63,371 nt of DNA, filler included, from Octopus bimaculoides (GCF_001194135.2; 4 parts of 4 records of this genome joined end to end with filler, not necessarily neighbours in it); one strand, 5' to 3'; positions 39,245 to 52,128 are shown, counted from the whole stretch's first letter. Notes: generated from the sequence alone by a model not told the origin. Numbers and translations are program-made.

Positions 39245-40260
39245 TTCAGGTTGTCTCTTTGCATTGATTTACTACCAAGTTGAAAGTTTTCCTATCTCGT
39301 TTTCATGACCCTCATTATGCAGATGATTGCAACTTAGTTTAGTTGCTCATACAGTCAAAGATATGCAAATTCTTTTGGATCATATTTCTGCATCTTTCAA
39401 GGCCTTTTGAGTCATCATTAGCTTGGATGAGATTATTGTAATGTTCCACCCTGTGCCAGGAAACATATGTGAAGCCATCTATCTTAGTTGAAGGAACAGT
39501 ACTGAGTGGTAGAGATGTTTGTCAGGCTGGGCAACACACTCAGTCATTCTTGCTCCTTAGATGATAAAATATATTTAAGGCTTCATAAGGTAACTGATTC
39601 CTTCAGTGCACTTAACTCTCATGTCTGGTCCCAACATAGCATCACAAGTTGAACAAAAGTTGCCGGGTGTTATGCATGTGTGTTGATGCCACTTCTTTAC
39701 TCATATGAAACATGGGCTTTTTACAGGCATATGTAGGGGTTCTTGAATACTTCTGTCAAAGATGTCTAAGACACATTTTGAATGTAGGTTGGTCTCTGCA
39801 GACTCCATACAAAGAGATCTTAAGGGGAGCTGATGTCTTCAGCATGGAAACAATGCTGCACAAGTACTATTTATGCTAGACTGGATGCCTTGTTCAAGAG
39901 AATAATCAAAGGATCCCAAAGTAGATGTTATACAGCAAACTTGTTTGTGGAAAGAATCTCCTATAGAAACAAAGACTACAAATTAAGTATTGTGTAATGT
40001 CCTTGTTGAAAGCATGTGAAATAGGGAGATTAATTGGGAAACCAATGCTTGTCATCACCACCAATGAAGGAAACATGGAAAGAAAGGAGTGATTTTTTTT
40101 CAAAAAGAATTCTCATTTTTTGTGCAGAATTTAAGTGAGCTGCTCAAAAATCCACTGTCAGTGTAGTGAATGGGGGTAGCTTGGTCTGCAATATCTGCAG
40201 ACATGTATGTTTATCAATGCCTGGGCTCATCAGTCACCAGTGGAACCACAGGTGTAAAGT
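39245..40260 (+). mobile_element. RTE (BovB-like) LINE, decayed 3' ORF2
   Basis: YADD at 39316-39327 followed by AHTVKDMQILLD..., later LLYSYETW and QRIPK*MLYSKL, all RTE motifs. Many lesions. Confidence 0.85.
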
Positions 40261-41026
40261 ATACATTTGAGTACACAATGTTCTTAATGATCAGTGGTGG
40301 TCTTCTTTGATCACAAATAAATAGCCATCATAGTTTAAGCAATGTAACTGATAAAACAAGAAATGAGAAAGATACATTTGTATACATTGCAAAACAAATA
40401 TATATAAATACATACACACACACATACACACTCACATTCTCTCACACATACACATTCTCTGGGTGTATATATTTATCTGTGTGTATAATAAACACAGATA
40501 AATGGATTGTCTGGTATTGCTACAATTGTCTCTTTAAGAAACTTTATTTTGAATGTGAGCATAGTACTGTCAGGTATGCAGTATACACAACATCCATAAG
40601 ATTACATGATATATTACACAATTCCCAATTCATCAGGCTAACCAAATAAACAAGCAAGGAGTGACATGTTGATTAATTAATAGATCATCAACAAGTAAAA
40701 TTTCTAAACAGGATCACATTATCTTTATTGTCAATTATTATCATCAGAGTTACTAACATCTAAGAAATGTAAAGTTGGTGGGACAACAATCTGTCAATCA
40801 CTGAGGGTGAGTAGCAGAATGATATTGTAAATTAAAGAATGGTTAAAGGTACTTCTTTTCCAAAGATGTCATTAAACTTAGACAACTTTGTTCATAAATG
40901 TTAGTAGTAGCAGATCATGCTTGTACATGGGCAGATAGCTGGTGCTAAGCATAATTTTTGACCCTAGCAAAACATATCTGAAGAACAGCCACCAACCCTA
41001 TTCCAAAAAATAATTTACTGTGTGAT

Positions 41027-41194
41027 ATTATTTTGAAGTTAACTACATTAAAGATTGACTTGGTTAATTCACTCAATTTATCTTGATAAAAGTGCTCTGG
41101 TTGAGAATTAATATTCTCAACCAGAGCACTTTTATCAAGATAAATTGAGTGAATTAACCAAGTCAATCTTTAATGTAGTTAACTTCAAAATAAT
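41027..41194. repeat. Perfect palindrome: 82-bp arms, 4-nt spacer
   Basis: 41027-41108 is the exact reverse complement of 41113-41194 (checked base by base). The spacer is TAAT. Confidence 0.97.
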
Positions 41195-41595
41195 CAATGG
41201 AGATTCAGCTAATTATCACTATTCTTGAATTATAAANNNNNNNNNNNNNNNNNNNNNNNNNNNNNNNNNNNNNNNNNNNNNNNNNNNNNNNNNNNNNNNN
41301 NNNNNNNNNNNNNNNNNNNNNNNNNNNNNNNNNNNNNNNNNNNNNNNNNNNNNNNNNNNNNNNNNNNNNNNNNNNNNNNNNNNNNNNNNNNNNNNNNNNN
41401 NNNNNNNNNNNNNNNNNNNNNNNNNNNNNNNNNNNNNNNNNNNNNNNNNNNNNNNNNNNNNNNNNNNNNNNNNNNNNNNNNNNNNNNNNNNNNNNNNNNN
41501 NNNNNNNNNNNNNNNNNNNNNNNNNNNNNNNNNNNNNNNNNNNNNNNNNNNNNNNNNNNNNNNNNNNNNNNNNNNNNNNNNNNNNNNNNNNNNNN

Positions 41596-41639
<44 letters not shown>

Positions 41640-42275
41640 AGTGTGAAAAAGATTGTAATGGAAATATAGATGATGGTAGTGTAATTTGGAACATGCAAAC
41701 TATACATGGTGGCCACTTTATATATGTAATTGAAGGTATGTTACACCGTTGAGAGAGGGTGGTATTTAAACAATGTAGCTAATCCCTCTTAGCTACTGAG
41801 AGAGAGGGGGGGTTAATATAATTAAATGGTACACTATTTTAGATATATCATTCATTTGACTATATCTAGCTGAATCTCAAGTTTATCTTTTTTTTTCAAC
41901 TAGTGTTTTGTAGGAAACAGTTCTTATTTTCTTACTGTGACTGTGATATTGAAACCACCTATAGATACCATAAATTTTCTTATGGTAGTTCAAAAGAAAT
42001 TAATTAGGTTGTTAATTTATAATTAAAGTTTGAGAGTGTGTTGAGAAAATGATTACATGTGAAAGTTTTAGGCTGTCAAAGTATTGTTCAATTCAATAAA
42101 CAGACCCAATCTCTATTACAAATTTTATCATGCAATTCTTATTGCTTATTTACCTTCATGAACAGTTACATCAGTCTTCATAAATTATGATTATTACCAT
42201 CCAATTTTTTTTTTTTTTGGATTAACATAATTAGAAGCATCTGCTTAATGCATGTTGATTTCATTCCCCAGAACC

Positions 42276-42587
42276 ATGTCTCCGGTTCCTAAAGAAGACC
42301 GTGAGAAACCAGTTGATGACCACCCTGATAGCAACAATGTAGAAAATGATGAGAACCTTCCAGATTTTGTTATTTCGCTAACCAGCTCTGAAAGTGATCC
42401 TGAGAGTGAATTGGATGGAGAATATGCTGGTTATGAGCTGTTACCACAGGATCCTGAAATCCTGGAGGCACAGCAGCCTCGAGACATTTCTGAAGAAATG
42501 GAAGAATTGCCTCAAACAATGAATTCTAATGACCCTGTCTCCAATCTCAGTGCAGGAATAGATGAAACTGGTGCACTACCATTATCA
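42276..42587 (+). CDS. MEA1: MEA1-like protein, first coding exon (104 aa)
   Basis: Acceptor ttcattccccAG (42270-42271), then aaccATG at 42276. Acidic N-terminus with ...ESELDGEYAGYELLPQDPE, resembling the MEA1 motif AGYSYQPLNQDPE. Phase-0 donor tca|GTAAGT at 42588. Confidence 0.75.
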
Positions 42588-42961
42588 GTAAGTTAAACTA
42601 TATTATTGCTTTAGTTTCGTTTTTATTTTATCTAGCTTGATTTCGATAGACTGAAGTTCACCTAACTGAAACATTGTTAACCTTAATTTATCAGTCTTGA
42701 AAGAAAAGCAGACAATGATAATATTTGAAGTTATTTCTTGTGATACTGATCTGATTACAAAGCATACAGAACATTATTCTAGAACTCCAGCAATGCTCAG
42801 TTTGTGACTCAAATGTGCAGTGTAGCTTCAGTTTTCTATTGTAGCTATTCTTTTCACATCAATCACATAATTCTGTTTAGTTGTTTTCTTTTGCATATTG
42901 AGAATTGAATATTTATTTCAGTTTGTGGTGGCTCATCACTACATTTTTTTTGCAATACTCC

Positions 42962-45780
42962 AACCTCATTGTCATCATCATCGTCATCATCATTTAACCT
43001 CTGTTTTCCATGCTGGCATGCATTGGATGATTTGACAGGAGTTGTCCAGACTCCAGTTGTCTGTTGTGGCATGGTTTCTATGGCTAGAGGCCCTTCCTAA
43101 AGCCAACCACTTTACAGAGTGTGCTGGTGCTCTTTATATACCACCAGCACAAGTGTGTATACACAGCACTGGCACAAGTGCATTTTATGTGGCACCAGCA
43201 CCTGAAAGGACAAGCTTGTACGTATGGATGACAGCAATTTTACTTAGCTTGACTTTGTCTTCTCAAGTACAGCGTATCACTGCATCTCTTGATCCCTTGT
43301 CATTTCTTCAGTAAAGTTCAGCATCCAAAGATCTTTTCTCACCATTTTGTCTCACATCTTCCTGGGTCTACCCCTTCCACAGGTACCCTCTACAATTAGA
43401 GCTTGACACTTCTTTATGTACTTGCTCTCATCCATATGCATCACATGACCTAACCAGTGTAGTCTTCTCTCTTGCACACAACATCTGATTCCTCTTATAC
43501 CCAGTTTCTTTCTTAAATCATTTACACTCCATCATGTGTGCACACTAACATTATTCATCTTGCGGAGCATGCTAGCTTCATTTCTTTCAAGTCTTCACAA
43601 GTCCCTTGTAGTCAAAGCCCATGTTTCATTGCCATGTAACAAAGCTAGAGGAGAGGCCTTTAGTTACCAACAAAGGTAGAAGCCCTTTGAACTTTGCCCT
43701 GCTCAATCTTATTTTAGCAACTACACTTTCAGAACTTCCTCCTCTTCTACTAATTTGGTCTCTCATGCAACAGAAGCTATCTACTACTTCTAATGATCCC
43801 TGCAAGGATTTGAAGGAGTCTATTGTCTGCATATTTTTAGTGCTTATTGTACCTGCACATTTGCCACACACAGAGACTATTTTCTCCTTTAACCTTCCTG
43901 TGATACTGCTACACCTTTTATGTGTCCAAAATTTGCACTGAATACAATGTATGGAGTTTATACCAACACACTCCTTACATTTCAAGCAGGGCAATCTCCC
44001 AGAAGGGACTTGTGATTTGTCTGTTTTCCTACTTTCTAGGACTTTGGTTTTTGCTAAATCAACTCTAAGGCCTTAGATTCCAGGCCTTGCTTCCACACCT
44101 GAAAATTCTTCTCTAGGTCAGGTAGTAATTCAGCTATAAGAACAAGGTCATCAGTGTAGAGGAGCTCCTAGGAACAGCCTGTCTTGAATTTCTCTGTTAT
44201 TTATCCTAGTCCTCCAGAGGAGGACAAGGATAAATAAAAGGGGAGAACTGAACCTAGGTAAGCTCCTTCCTGTACATTGCTATACTCATAGCCAACTTTC
44301 ACCTTACTAGCAGCATCCCTGTACATTGTTTGTACAGATCTCACTTACCACTCGGTGGTGATTCCTGTTGGACTGGGAAATTTCCTTGTTTTCATATCCT
44401 TAATTGCTTTATCTACTAAGCTACTATCAATTCAGATAGCTGGTCCTCAGTTGGATCTACATTAGGCAAACTCTCTTCCCATGCATTCTCTACATTTTAG
44501 CAGCCTTTCATCATGGCATATCTGAGCCTCTTTCTTTGCAGAATCACTAAATGCAGGTGAACCATGGCTATGACACCACGATTTTCTCTCATTCACTGTC
44601 TTGCAATCTGAAATACTTCTAGTCTCTGGTCCTCACTCCACAGTACATTGGCAAATTTCTTTTTTGCTTCTACCCTGGCTAAAAACACCTGTCTCCTAGC
44701 CTCCCCTCTGGCGATCTGATACAGTTCTCTGCTACCACCACACTTCCAGTCTTATTTCTTTTCTCTAATAGCCCTGCCAACTACACTATTCCACCACAAT
44801 GTCACCTTAGGTCTAGGAGGGACTTTACAGTGGCCCTCAACAGGTTCTCTTGCAAGAACCTTCAGTTGTCTTCCACATTATATGTCACTATATCCTCCTC
44901 TTTTTCATCAAATACTTCAAGTAACACTTATCTAAATCTCTGCCCATTCAGAGGATCCTTAAGCTTCCAGATCTTTCTTTTCCACACTGGTTGTCTTCTA
45001 GGTAGTCTTTTAATCCTGATTCTGAAGTTGCTAGTGACTAATTTGTGTTGAGAGGTACATTCTTCACCTGAGAAAGTTTTGGCATTTATAAGCAGCCTTC
45101 TTTCCTGTTTTCTGGTAAGAATATAGTCAATCTGGCTAAAGTTTCCTGAAGATGCAGATCAAAAGGACATTTGCATCACAAAACTCCAGCAACCTGGTTC
45201 CCTCCTCATTGCAGAAGCTGAATCCATTGCCACCATGCATGCCATTTAAGTCACCAGCCATAAAGAGAAGCTCTCTGTCATTTGTCAACAAGGCAGTCTG
45301 CAAAAGGGTGTCGTAAAATTGGCCTTTCTGTTCATCATGTAGTTCTCATTGTAGGCCAAGAAAATAGTTGCTGTTCCACTTCGAAAAACTAGTCCAAGTT
45401 TAAGTATTCTATCACACACTCTGACTACCTCAATTACCTTATCAACCAATTTCTCAGCAAGAAGTATGCCTACACCACCAACACCATCAGTGTTCCCTAC
45501 CCAGAAGATTTTATACCTATACTCTTTGCCCGTAAGAAACTTGGCAGAACCTCCTCCAATTTACTTCTTGGATGCAACACACATCTACATGCCTCTGTTC
45601 AAGCATCTCAACAATCTCACCAGACCTACCTTTCAATGTACCCACATGGAATGTGCCAACTCTAAGTGTGTGGAAGGTGTGTGCTGGGGGAGACACAGAA
45701 GTGGAGGACAGCATTCTGCATATGAAAAGAAAGCTTGCATGCACATTTCCCAGACATATTGTATAATTTGAAATAGATTT
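42962..45780 (-). mobile_element. RTE-clade LINE, near full-length ORF with deletions, in the MEA1-like intron
   Basis: APE endonuclease (GTLKGRSGEIVEMLEQRHVDVCCIQEV), RT ELLYTDDLVLIAE (YTDD 44147-44158), a C4HC3 finger at 43857-43988, LEVVDSF, and a 3' UTR ending in a (GAT)n tail at about 42965. Confidence 0.95.
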
Positions 45781-46414
45781 CAACCTGCATCTACTTCACT
45801 GTCATTCATTTGCTTCACACTTGCCGCATTTTATCGGGAGATAGACCACTAGATAGAAATGGGAGAGAGAGAGAGCATTCTGTATAGGTTTCCATTTGAA
45901 GATCAATTAGTTGGTTAGATTTTTAATGATTGGCTAACAATAAAGAAGTGATATTGAACCAGTGCATATGTTTATTATTATTGGCATAATGAACCTCCCA
46001 TGACACAACATGTGTATAATGATAGATTGATAAAGTTATAATGATGGATAATTAAAAATATAATAATGATGAATAATTAAAGATATATTGATGATAATTA
46101 TGATGAATAATCAATGGATAATCAAATATATAATTTTGAATTGATGAAGGTTATTGATGGGAATAAAATCATTCTGCTTTTTGTAGAGAAAAAATCTCTA
46201 CTTGGCTCTTAAACATAGCTAAAAGCACTGATATTACTCATGATTACTCCTTAGATCTGTCTTAAATATTATGGAGCATATTTTTTGGTTTTTTCCAAGT
46301 TCTACCCAGAAGTTTCAAATCTTAAATCAAGTTGTCACTTCAGTGTGAATTGTTTCATTGAACTATATTGGAAAACTACAACATATATATTTTGATTATT
46401 ATAATTGTTTTCAG

Positions 46415-46496
46415 ATCCCTGACCCACCAAAAGAAGATGCAGCATCCCTTCTTTGGAACCAAATACCATTAATGGCAGCCGACAATTTGGATGAGA
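46415..46496 (+). CDS. MEA1: MEA1-like protein, second coding exon (27 aa + 1 nt)
   Basis: Acceptor ttgttttcAG (46413-46414) and donor a|GTAAGT at 46497. Phase 0 matches the previous exon, giving LPLS|IPDPPKEDAASLLWNQIPLMAADNLDE, comparable to MEA1 LHLPDPP...SIPMDPE. Confidence 0.75.
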
Positions 46497-48067
46497 GTAA
46501 GTTTCTTTTGAAATAACAAAATATTCCATGAAATTTATTATCTGTCTCATAACAAAATATGTTAGACAAAGTACAACAATGCTACCCATTGTATTGGAAG
46601 TGTAACATTATGACTATACACTTACTTTAGATGTAATCACTGAGTAAAGTGATGAAAATGAGTAAAAACAAATATGCAAGTGCAGTGTTGCAACAGAATG
46701 AAGATTGTTAAGTCATTGACAATGTTACCCTGCAATCAAAACACATTTTGAGGTTCAGTCAAAAGAAGTAGTACTCATATTTACAGGCCATTCAAAACTA
46801 ACATGAATATTCAAAGAACAAAAAATAAAAATGTAATAGAATAAAAGCAGTTTAACTGTTTGAAAATTGAGTTTCAAACCATTACAGCTTCTTGGACTAT
46901 AAAACAACAGACATTAATAACATTTTGAGATGTTGAAGAGTGGTTGATAAGCAATTAGAATTACATTGTCAGAAAACTAAATAAATAGACCCACTGAACA
47001 ACTTGTTTTATCCTAAGTAAAACAAAATATTTCTTTCTACACTCAACAGAAGCAAATTAATGACTAAATAATTTGGGAATAAACAACAGCTTTAGCAACT
47101 ACTGAAGCCTTTCATTTAAATTTTCAATTATTGAACTCCATTGAATTCAATGATATAAGTACTCTAGGTACTGACAAATAGAACAGTTGTATTGTCATAC
47201 TTTAAAATCTTTAAAATATAAAGACAATAAAAGTTTAAGTATATATTATACATGATACAGCTTAAATCAGCAGTACTGAAACAAATTTAAATATTATAAA
47301 GCTTTAACCATAAACTATAAGAGTGTAAACACATTATTCTATACTTTCTTGATAGAACATTTCACAGCTTGTTGGCTATTCTCCAAAGAAGATGTCTCCT
47401 ATCTCCTTTCCCAACCTGGAGTATTCAGTTGTTATATAAAGCTGACAGTTCTTCATTAATTAAACAATATATGTTTTATACACGACACAATGTGAATCAG
47501 AAGTACTGAGATAAATTTTAGAATTTATTTGTGATAATGAACTATACGAATCTAAATATGCTTTCAATGTACAGAAAAAAAGCAGGAAGTCCCTGACAGG
47601 CCATTTCACAATATTATTAAATGCTCTTCAGGGATAATTACTCAATTTACTTCCCTTAATTCCTGGTTGTTTTATATAACATGCTATTAATTGGGGAAGG
47701 AAATTGAGTGTGTCTTCTGAAGAGTGGTAAGAAATCATGACACTGTATATTAGGATTACAGTTATTTCTATTATTAGATTAAGTGACTGAGTAATTGCTC
47801 CCACTAACATTTTGTTTTGTGAGTGTGCATGCTTATTTCTTAATTTTATCAGTTAGATATATNNNNNNNNNNNNNNNNNNNNNNNNNNNNNNNNNNNNNN
47901 NNNNNNNNNNNNNNNNNNNNNNNNNNNNNNNNNNNNNNNNNNNNNNNNNNNTATATATATATATATATGTATGTATGTATGCTGAGTCTTCTCAGAGACC
48001 ATAAGTCAGGGAGAACATACACTCATCTAACTGTTAGTAGAGTGGGTACAATAACCGAGTTTTATAG

Positions 48068-48863
48068 TATTAAGTATCCATCACAGCTGGTCTTGCCAAT
48101 CGTTTTCATGCAAAAATACAATTGAGTGTTAGGCAACAAAACAATTATATAAACATGGAAGGGAATATGGCGATTGCTCTCCACTTCCGGAGATAGATTA
48201 GCACGACCAGTGGGCGTCTCTTGTAAAAAAAGTGGTGGAATGAAAAAAGGACCAGAAGATTTGCTCGGAGTTATGTCCCCTGGACCCAGCATAAAGTATT
48301 TGACTATGACACCCATGTACACATACGGACACCCCTCGCGCATATTATACCCCCAAATATACACAGACTCCACACATACACATTATATATTACACACCAC
48401 ACGCTAATATAAAAAACCCACAACTTTATCCTTTAAAGAAAGAAAGCAGAATAAAGAACATAGTGCAAGATATACCTACACCCCCAGAAAAACATATATG
48501 TATCTATAAAACCTCCAGAAAAATTTATACATATAATACTGCTACACATACCACATGTCCCGTCCCTGCAGAATAACCACATTATTGATGCAAACTTTCC
48601 CCACTCCAATGATGACTTTTGCCAGCTCCACAATATACCTAAGCAAGGGACATAACTTCAAGCAAAACTTCTGGTCCTTTTTTTATTGCAGACGCTGACT
48701 GATCATGCAAATCCACCTCCGGAAGTGGAGAGCAATTGACATATTCCCGTCTATGTCAGCTAACTCTGATGAGCGTATTTATATAATTGTTTTGTTGCCT
48801 AACACTCAATTGTATTTTTTTGCAAAACCGATTGGTAAGACCAACTGTGATGGATACTTAATA
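48068..48863. mobile_element. Fold-back/MITE of about 800 bp with long imperfect TIRs (about 220 bp)
   Basis: tattaagtatccatcacagctggtc...aacaaaacaattatataaa pairs with 48778-48863. Further paired blocks are ttgctctccacttccggag / ctccggaagtggagagcaa and aaaaaaggaccagaag / cttctggtcctttttt. Superfamily unresolved. Confidence 0.85.
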
Positions 48864-48898
48864 TAAAATTCAGATATATATATATATATATATATATA

Positions 48899-49705
48899 TT
48901 GGGTCATCCCATAAATAATGCAGTTTTCTTATACTTCTTTTATTTTTCAAAATTAAGGTAAACAAAGTTCTTTTATAATCTAAAGTATACTCTCCTTCAT
49001 TTTCTATAATGCTCTCCCATCTATCTGGTAGACTTGCAAGGCCCCTCGTCCAAAATTCACTTATCCGTGATGGAAAAAATTTTCTCCAGTACTGTTCTAC
49101 TCCAGCCTTTGGAATGTCATCCTCACTGTATGTGGTCAAACATTATTCTGATAAAAGAATACCTTTGAAACCAAAGATGGTCATTTTCCTTTTAGTGCTG
49201 ACTTAAGCCACTCAAGCTGCTTGCAGTAGACCTTTGTTATCGTTTGGTTTGGGTTTAAAAGTTCAAAGTGGACAAAACAGTTCATATTCCATGAAACACC
49301 TTACGTAGGTGAAGACCTTCTTTAGCCTGGGGTGCCGGTGTTTCTCCTTTCCCTACCCACTGTCTTCAGTGCTTGACATTTTATAGAAAACACGTTTCTC
49401 ATCACTAGTCACTATTTGGTCCAAAAAAGGTCTATTCGTGAGACATGACAACAAAGAAGAGCACACATTCACTCTGTGTGCGATTAGACTCGGATAGTTT
49501 GTGAGGAACCCAATTTGCTGACTTTTCCAATGGCATGCAGGTATCAGTGAATGGTTGAATGACCAAATCCAAGCTTCTGTGCTAGTTCCTCAACAGTTAG
49601 TGGGATTTTGCAGGACGTCATCGTCAAACTTTACAGATCTTCAAGAACAAGGCCTATCCTCTAGGCTGTAGTTTCCGGCTCAGAATTTTTTGAACCATCG
49701 TTGAC
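48899..49705 (-). mobile_element. mariner transposase pseudogene, 5' truncated, with 3' TIR
   Basis: Minus strand QRWFKKF, WVPHKL (49495-49512), IVTSDEK and C-terminal EFWTRGLASLPDRWESIIENEGEY. The YSPDLAP block is deleted. TIR ttgggtcatcccataaataatgc abuts a (TA)n tract. Confidence 0.93.
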
Positions 49706-50769
49706 ACTGGCTTACACTTATTGTCCAATCCCCATATACTGTATTAATATTCCTTGCACTTTCCATTGTGTTGTTGCTTTTATTGAACTCATGAAACTAA
49801 ATATGCTCCTCTGTCACTTTCATTATAACTTTGAGAAAATAATTGTTAAAATCGAACTGCACTCTTCAAAACTGGCAGTAAGAATAAGGACAAGGTAAAA
49901 TTACTACCTGCTTTTATAGCAAGTTGATACTGGTAGTTTATCCCATCCCCCTCCGACTTTTAGTTCATGCAATTGAAAACACAGCATTATTTATAGAATG
50001 ACCCTATATATGTGTATGTGTATAAATATGTATGTGTGTGTATATACATTTATGAATTTGTACTGCAAGGTTCCTGATGTGAAGTCGTGTGTTGAAAAAT
50101 GTATTTCAAGATGGTCTTTTTTTTTTGCCAAATAAACACATGTACTATATATTCATTCTTCACTTATTTATTACTGTTCTTATTCTAACTCATGTCCATT
50201 GTCCAGAAATCTTACATCACACATCTGTGACCTCGGCGAGACTTTCCGTCTTTGTGTATGCTCTTACTCTGCTTATTCCATTCTGTTCTATGATGTGTAT
50301 CCTTATATGTACATGCATCTGTTTGTGTGTGTGTGTGTCATTGTGTATCCTTATATGTACATGCATCTGTTTGTGTGTGTGTGTGTGTGTCATTGTTCTT
50401 AATAGCACTATGACTCTGCCCTCAGCCCCACCCCCCTACCCCGTTGCTGCTGCTTTGTACCCAACTTTTTGTACCATTCTTGTGTTTGTGTGTTTGCCCA
50501 TGCTGCTGCCATCGTGGTAGTTGTTGCCATTGTTGTTAGTTGTGTTATTGATATTGTTGTGGCCATCTGTGAAGTTACCATGTGTGTTTGTGTGTGTGTA
50601 TATGGCTTTGCTTCCTATGTTGTTTGTATCCATGCCCTTTATATAGTTTTGTTGTGGGTTTTTTTTTTTTTTTTTTNNNNNNNNNNCCTTTATATAGTTT
50701 TGTTGTGGGTTTTTTTTTTTTTTTGTTTCTCACTTCAGTCTTTAGTCATCGTTTTCTGCGGTGTGGTGG

Positions 50770-51480
50770 TAGGTGTTATTGTTCCATTCATGTTTTCTGT
50801 TGAGGCTCGGTCTGTCTATTGCTATGTGTGTAGCCTCTGTGATCTGTCTAAATATCATGTCAGTTCTATGTGTTGATAATACTTCGATCTCTGTGCTCTT
50901 GACTGAGTCTTTATGTTCTGCTTGAGCATGTTGGTAAAGCACTGACAAGCCTTTCTCTTCTTTGACCTCTCGCCAATGTTCCCCTGTACGCTCTCCAATG
51001 TAAGTAGTTGTCATTCTTCTGCACCATCCCTCAGTACATCATAAGCTATACACTATATTCCTAACCTTACAGTTAACTTTGTGGTTGCATCCTACATATA
51101 ATACAATCGTTCTCCATACGTGGGGATCTTTCGAAGGGATAAGTTCTACAGATCAGGGATTTTATAGGGGCACCAGGCCTTTCTTCTACTTTAATCCATA
51201 GATTAGCCTTATCTAACACTTTTCCAAAAAGGTATGCTAGTTTACTGCCATCAACAAACATGACACTCTGGTATTTTTTGTTGTCATAGCATGAGTTGAC
51301 CTTATCTATCTTTTTTCTGGTCCTTTCTGTGCTGTTCCAGAACAGTGGGTATATCCCCTTTGCATCACTCTCTATGCTGGCTTTGTACTTAGCCCTGGCT
51401 CCTTTGTATACTCTAATCCTGCCCCTTTGGTTGTAGCCAGAGAACTGCATGCGGTGGAACTAGATATCCTCCTCTCCACA
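50770..51480 (-). mobile_element. Penelope-like element, 3' fragment with GIY-YIG endonuclease
   Basis: MQFSGY...SVMFV...PFERSP..ENDCIIC linker, then NIVYSL*C...TYIGE...HAQAEH...RQITEATHI...LNRKHEW. Confidence 0.85.
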
Positions 51481-52097
51481 ATACCAGACGGACCAACAGC
51501 CCGACATGAGGTGCAGATGAGGGAAGCAGAATCAAACACCCTTATACACCAAATGGGTCAACAGCTTGGACAAAGGCACACATAGAAATAGTGGTGTGAA
51601 ACATTCCAGACTGAGGAAATCAGAAAGACCATGGTGGTACTCCAGTATGACTGCAGCTGCATGGCTGAAATAAGTAAAAGAATACACACACACACACACA
51701 CACACACATGTATACACACTCATACACACACACACACACATATATACAAGAGTTACGGAATGGAGTATGGGAAATCTGGGCTACATGTTTCATAGCAAGT
51801 GGAATCTCAGAAGTGGTAACATCCAAATGAGGTGTATACCGCCATCTACTCTTCAGGCCAAGGATATCTTGATTGGATTAAAGACTACATTGTTGCAGGA
51901 GGTACATGTTGACGCAAAGATTCAACAGTTCATCGTTCTTCAATAAAAGAAAAAAATGTGTAACCTTCCTTCTCAGTAAACCACTATTGTTCCTGAAAGT
52001 TGTTTTTTTATATTCACTTCGGATTGCTCAAAGCTAACTTTCTTCTTACACCTCAACTCCTGGATCTTACATTTACACACATACACACACAAAATTT

Positions 52098-52128
<31 letters not shown>

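Noticed and set aside
42252-42596. Single-exon 114-aa ORF as listed in the track
   Set aside because: The upstream ATG (42252) lies in the intron before the acceptor at 42271, and the last codons overlap the GTAAGT donor. The spliced model fits better.
50636-50724. Direct repeat cctttatatagttttgttgtggg-T(n) on both sides of a 10-N gap
   Set aside because: This is a typical unmerged contig overlap at a homopolymer and is probably single-copy.
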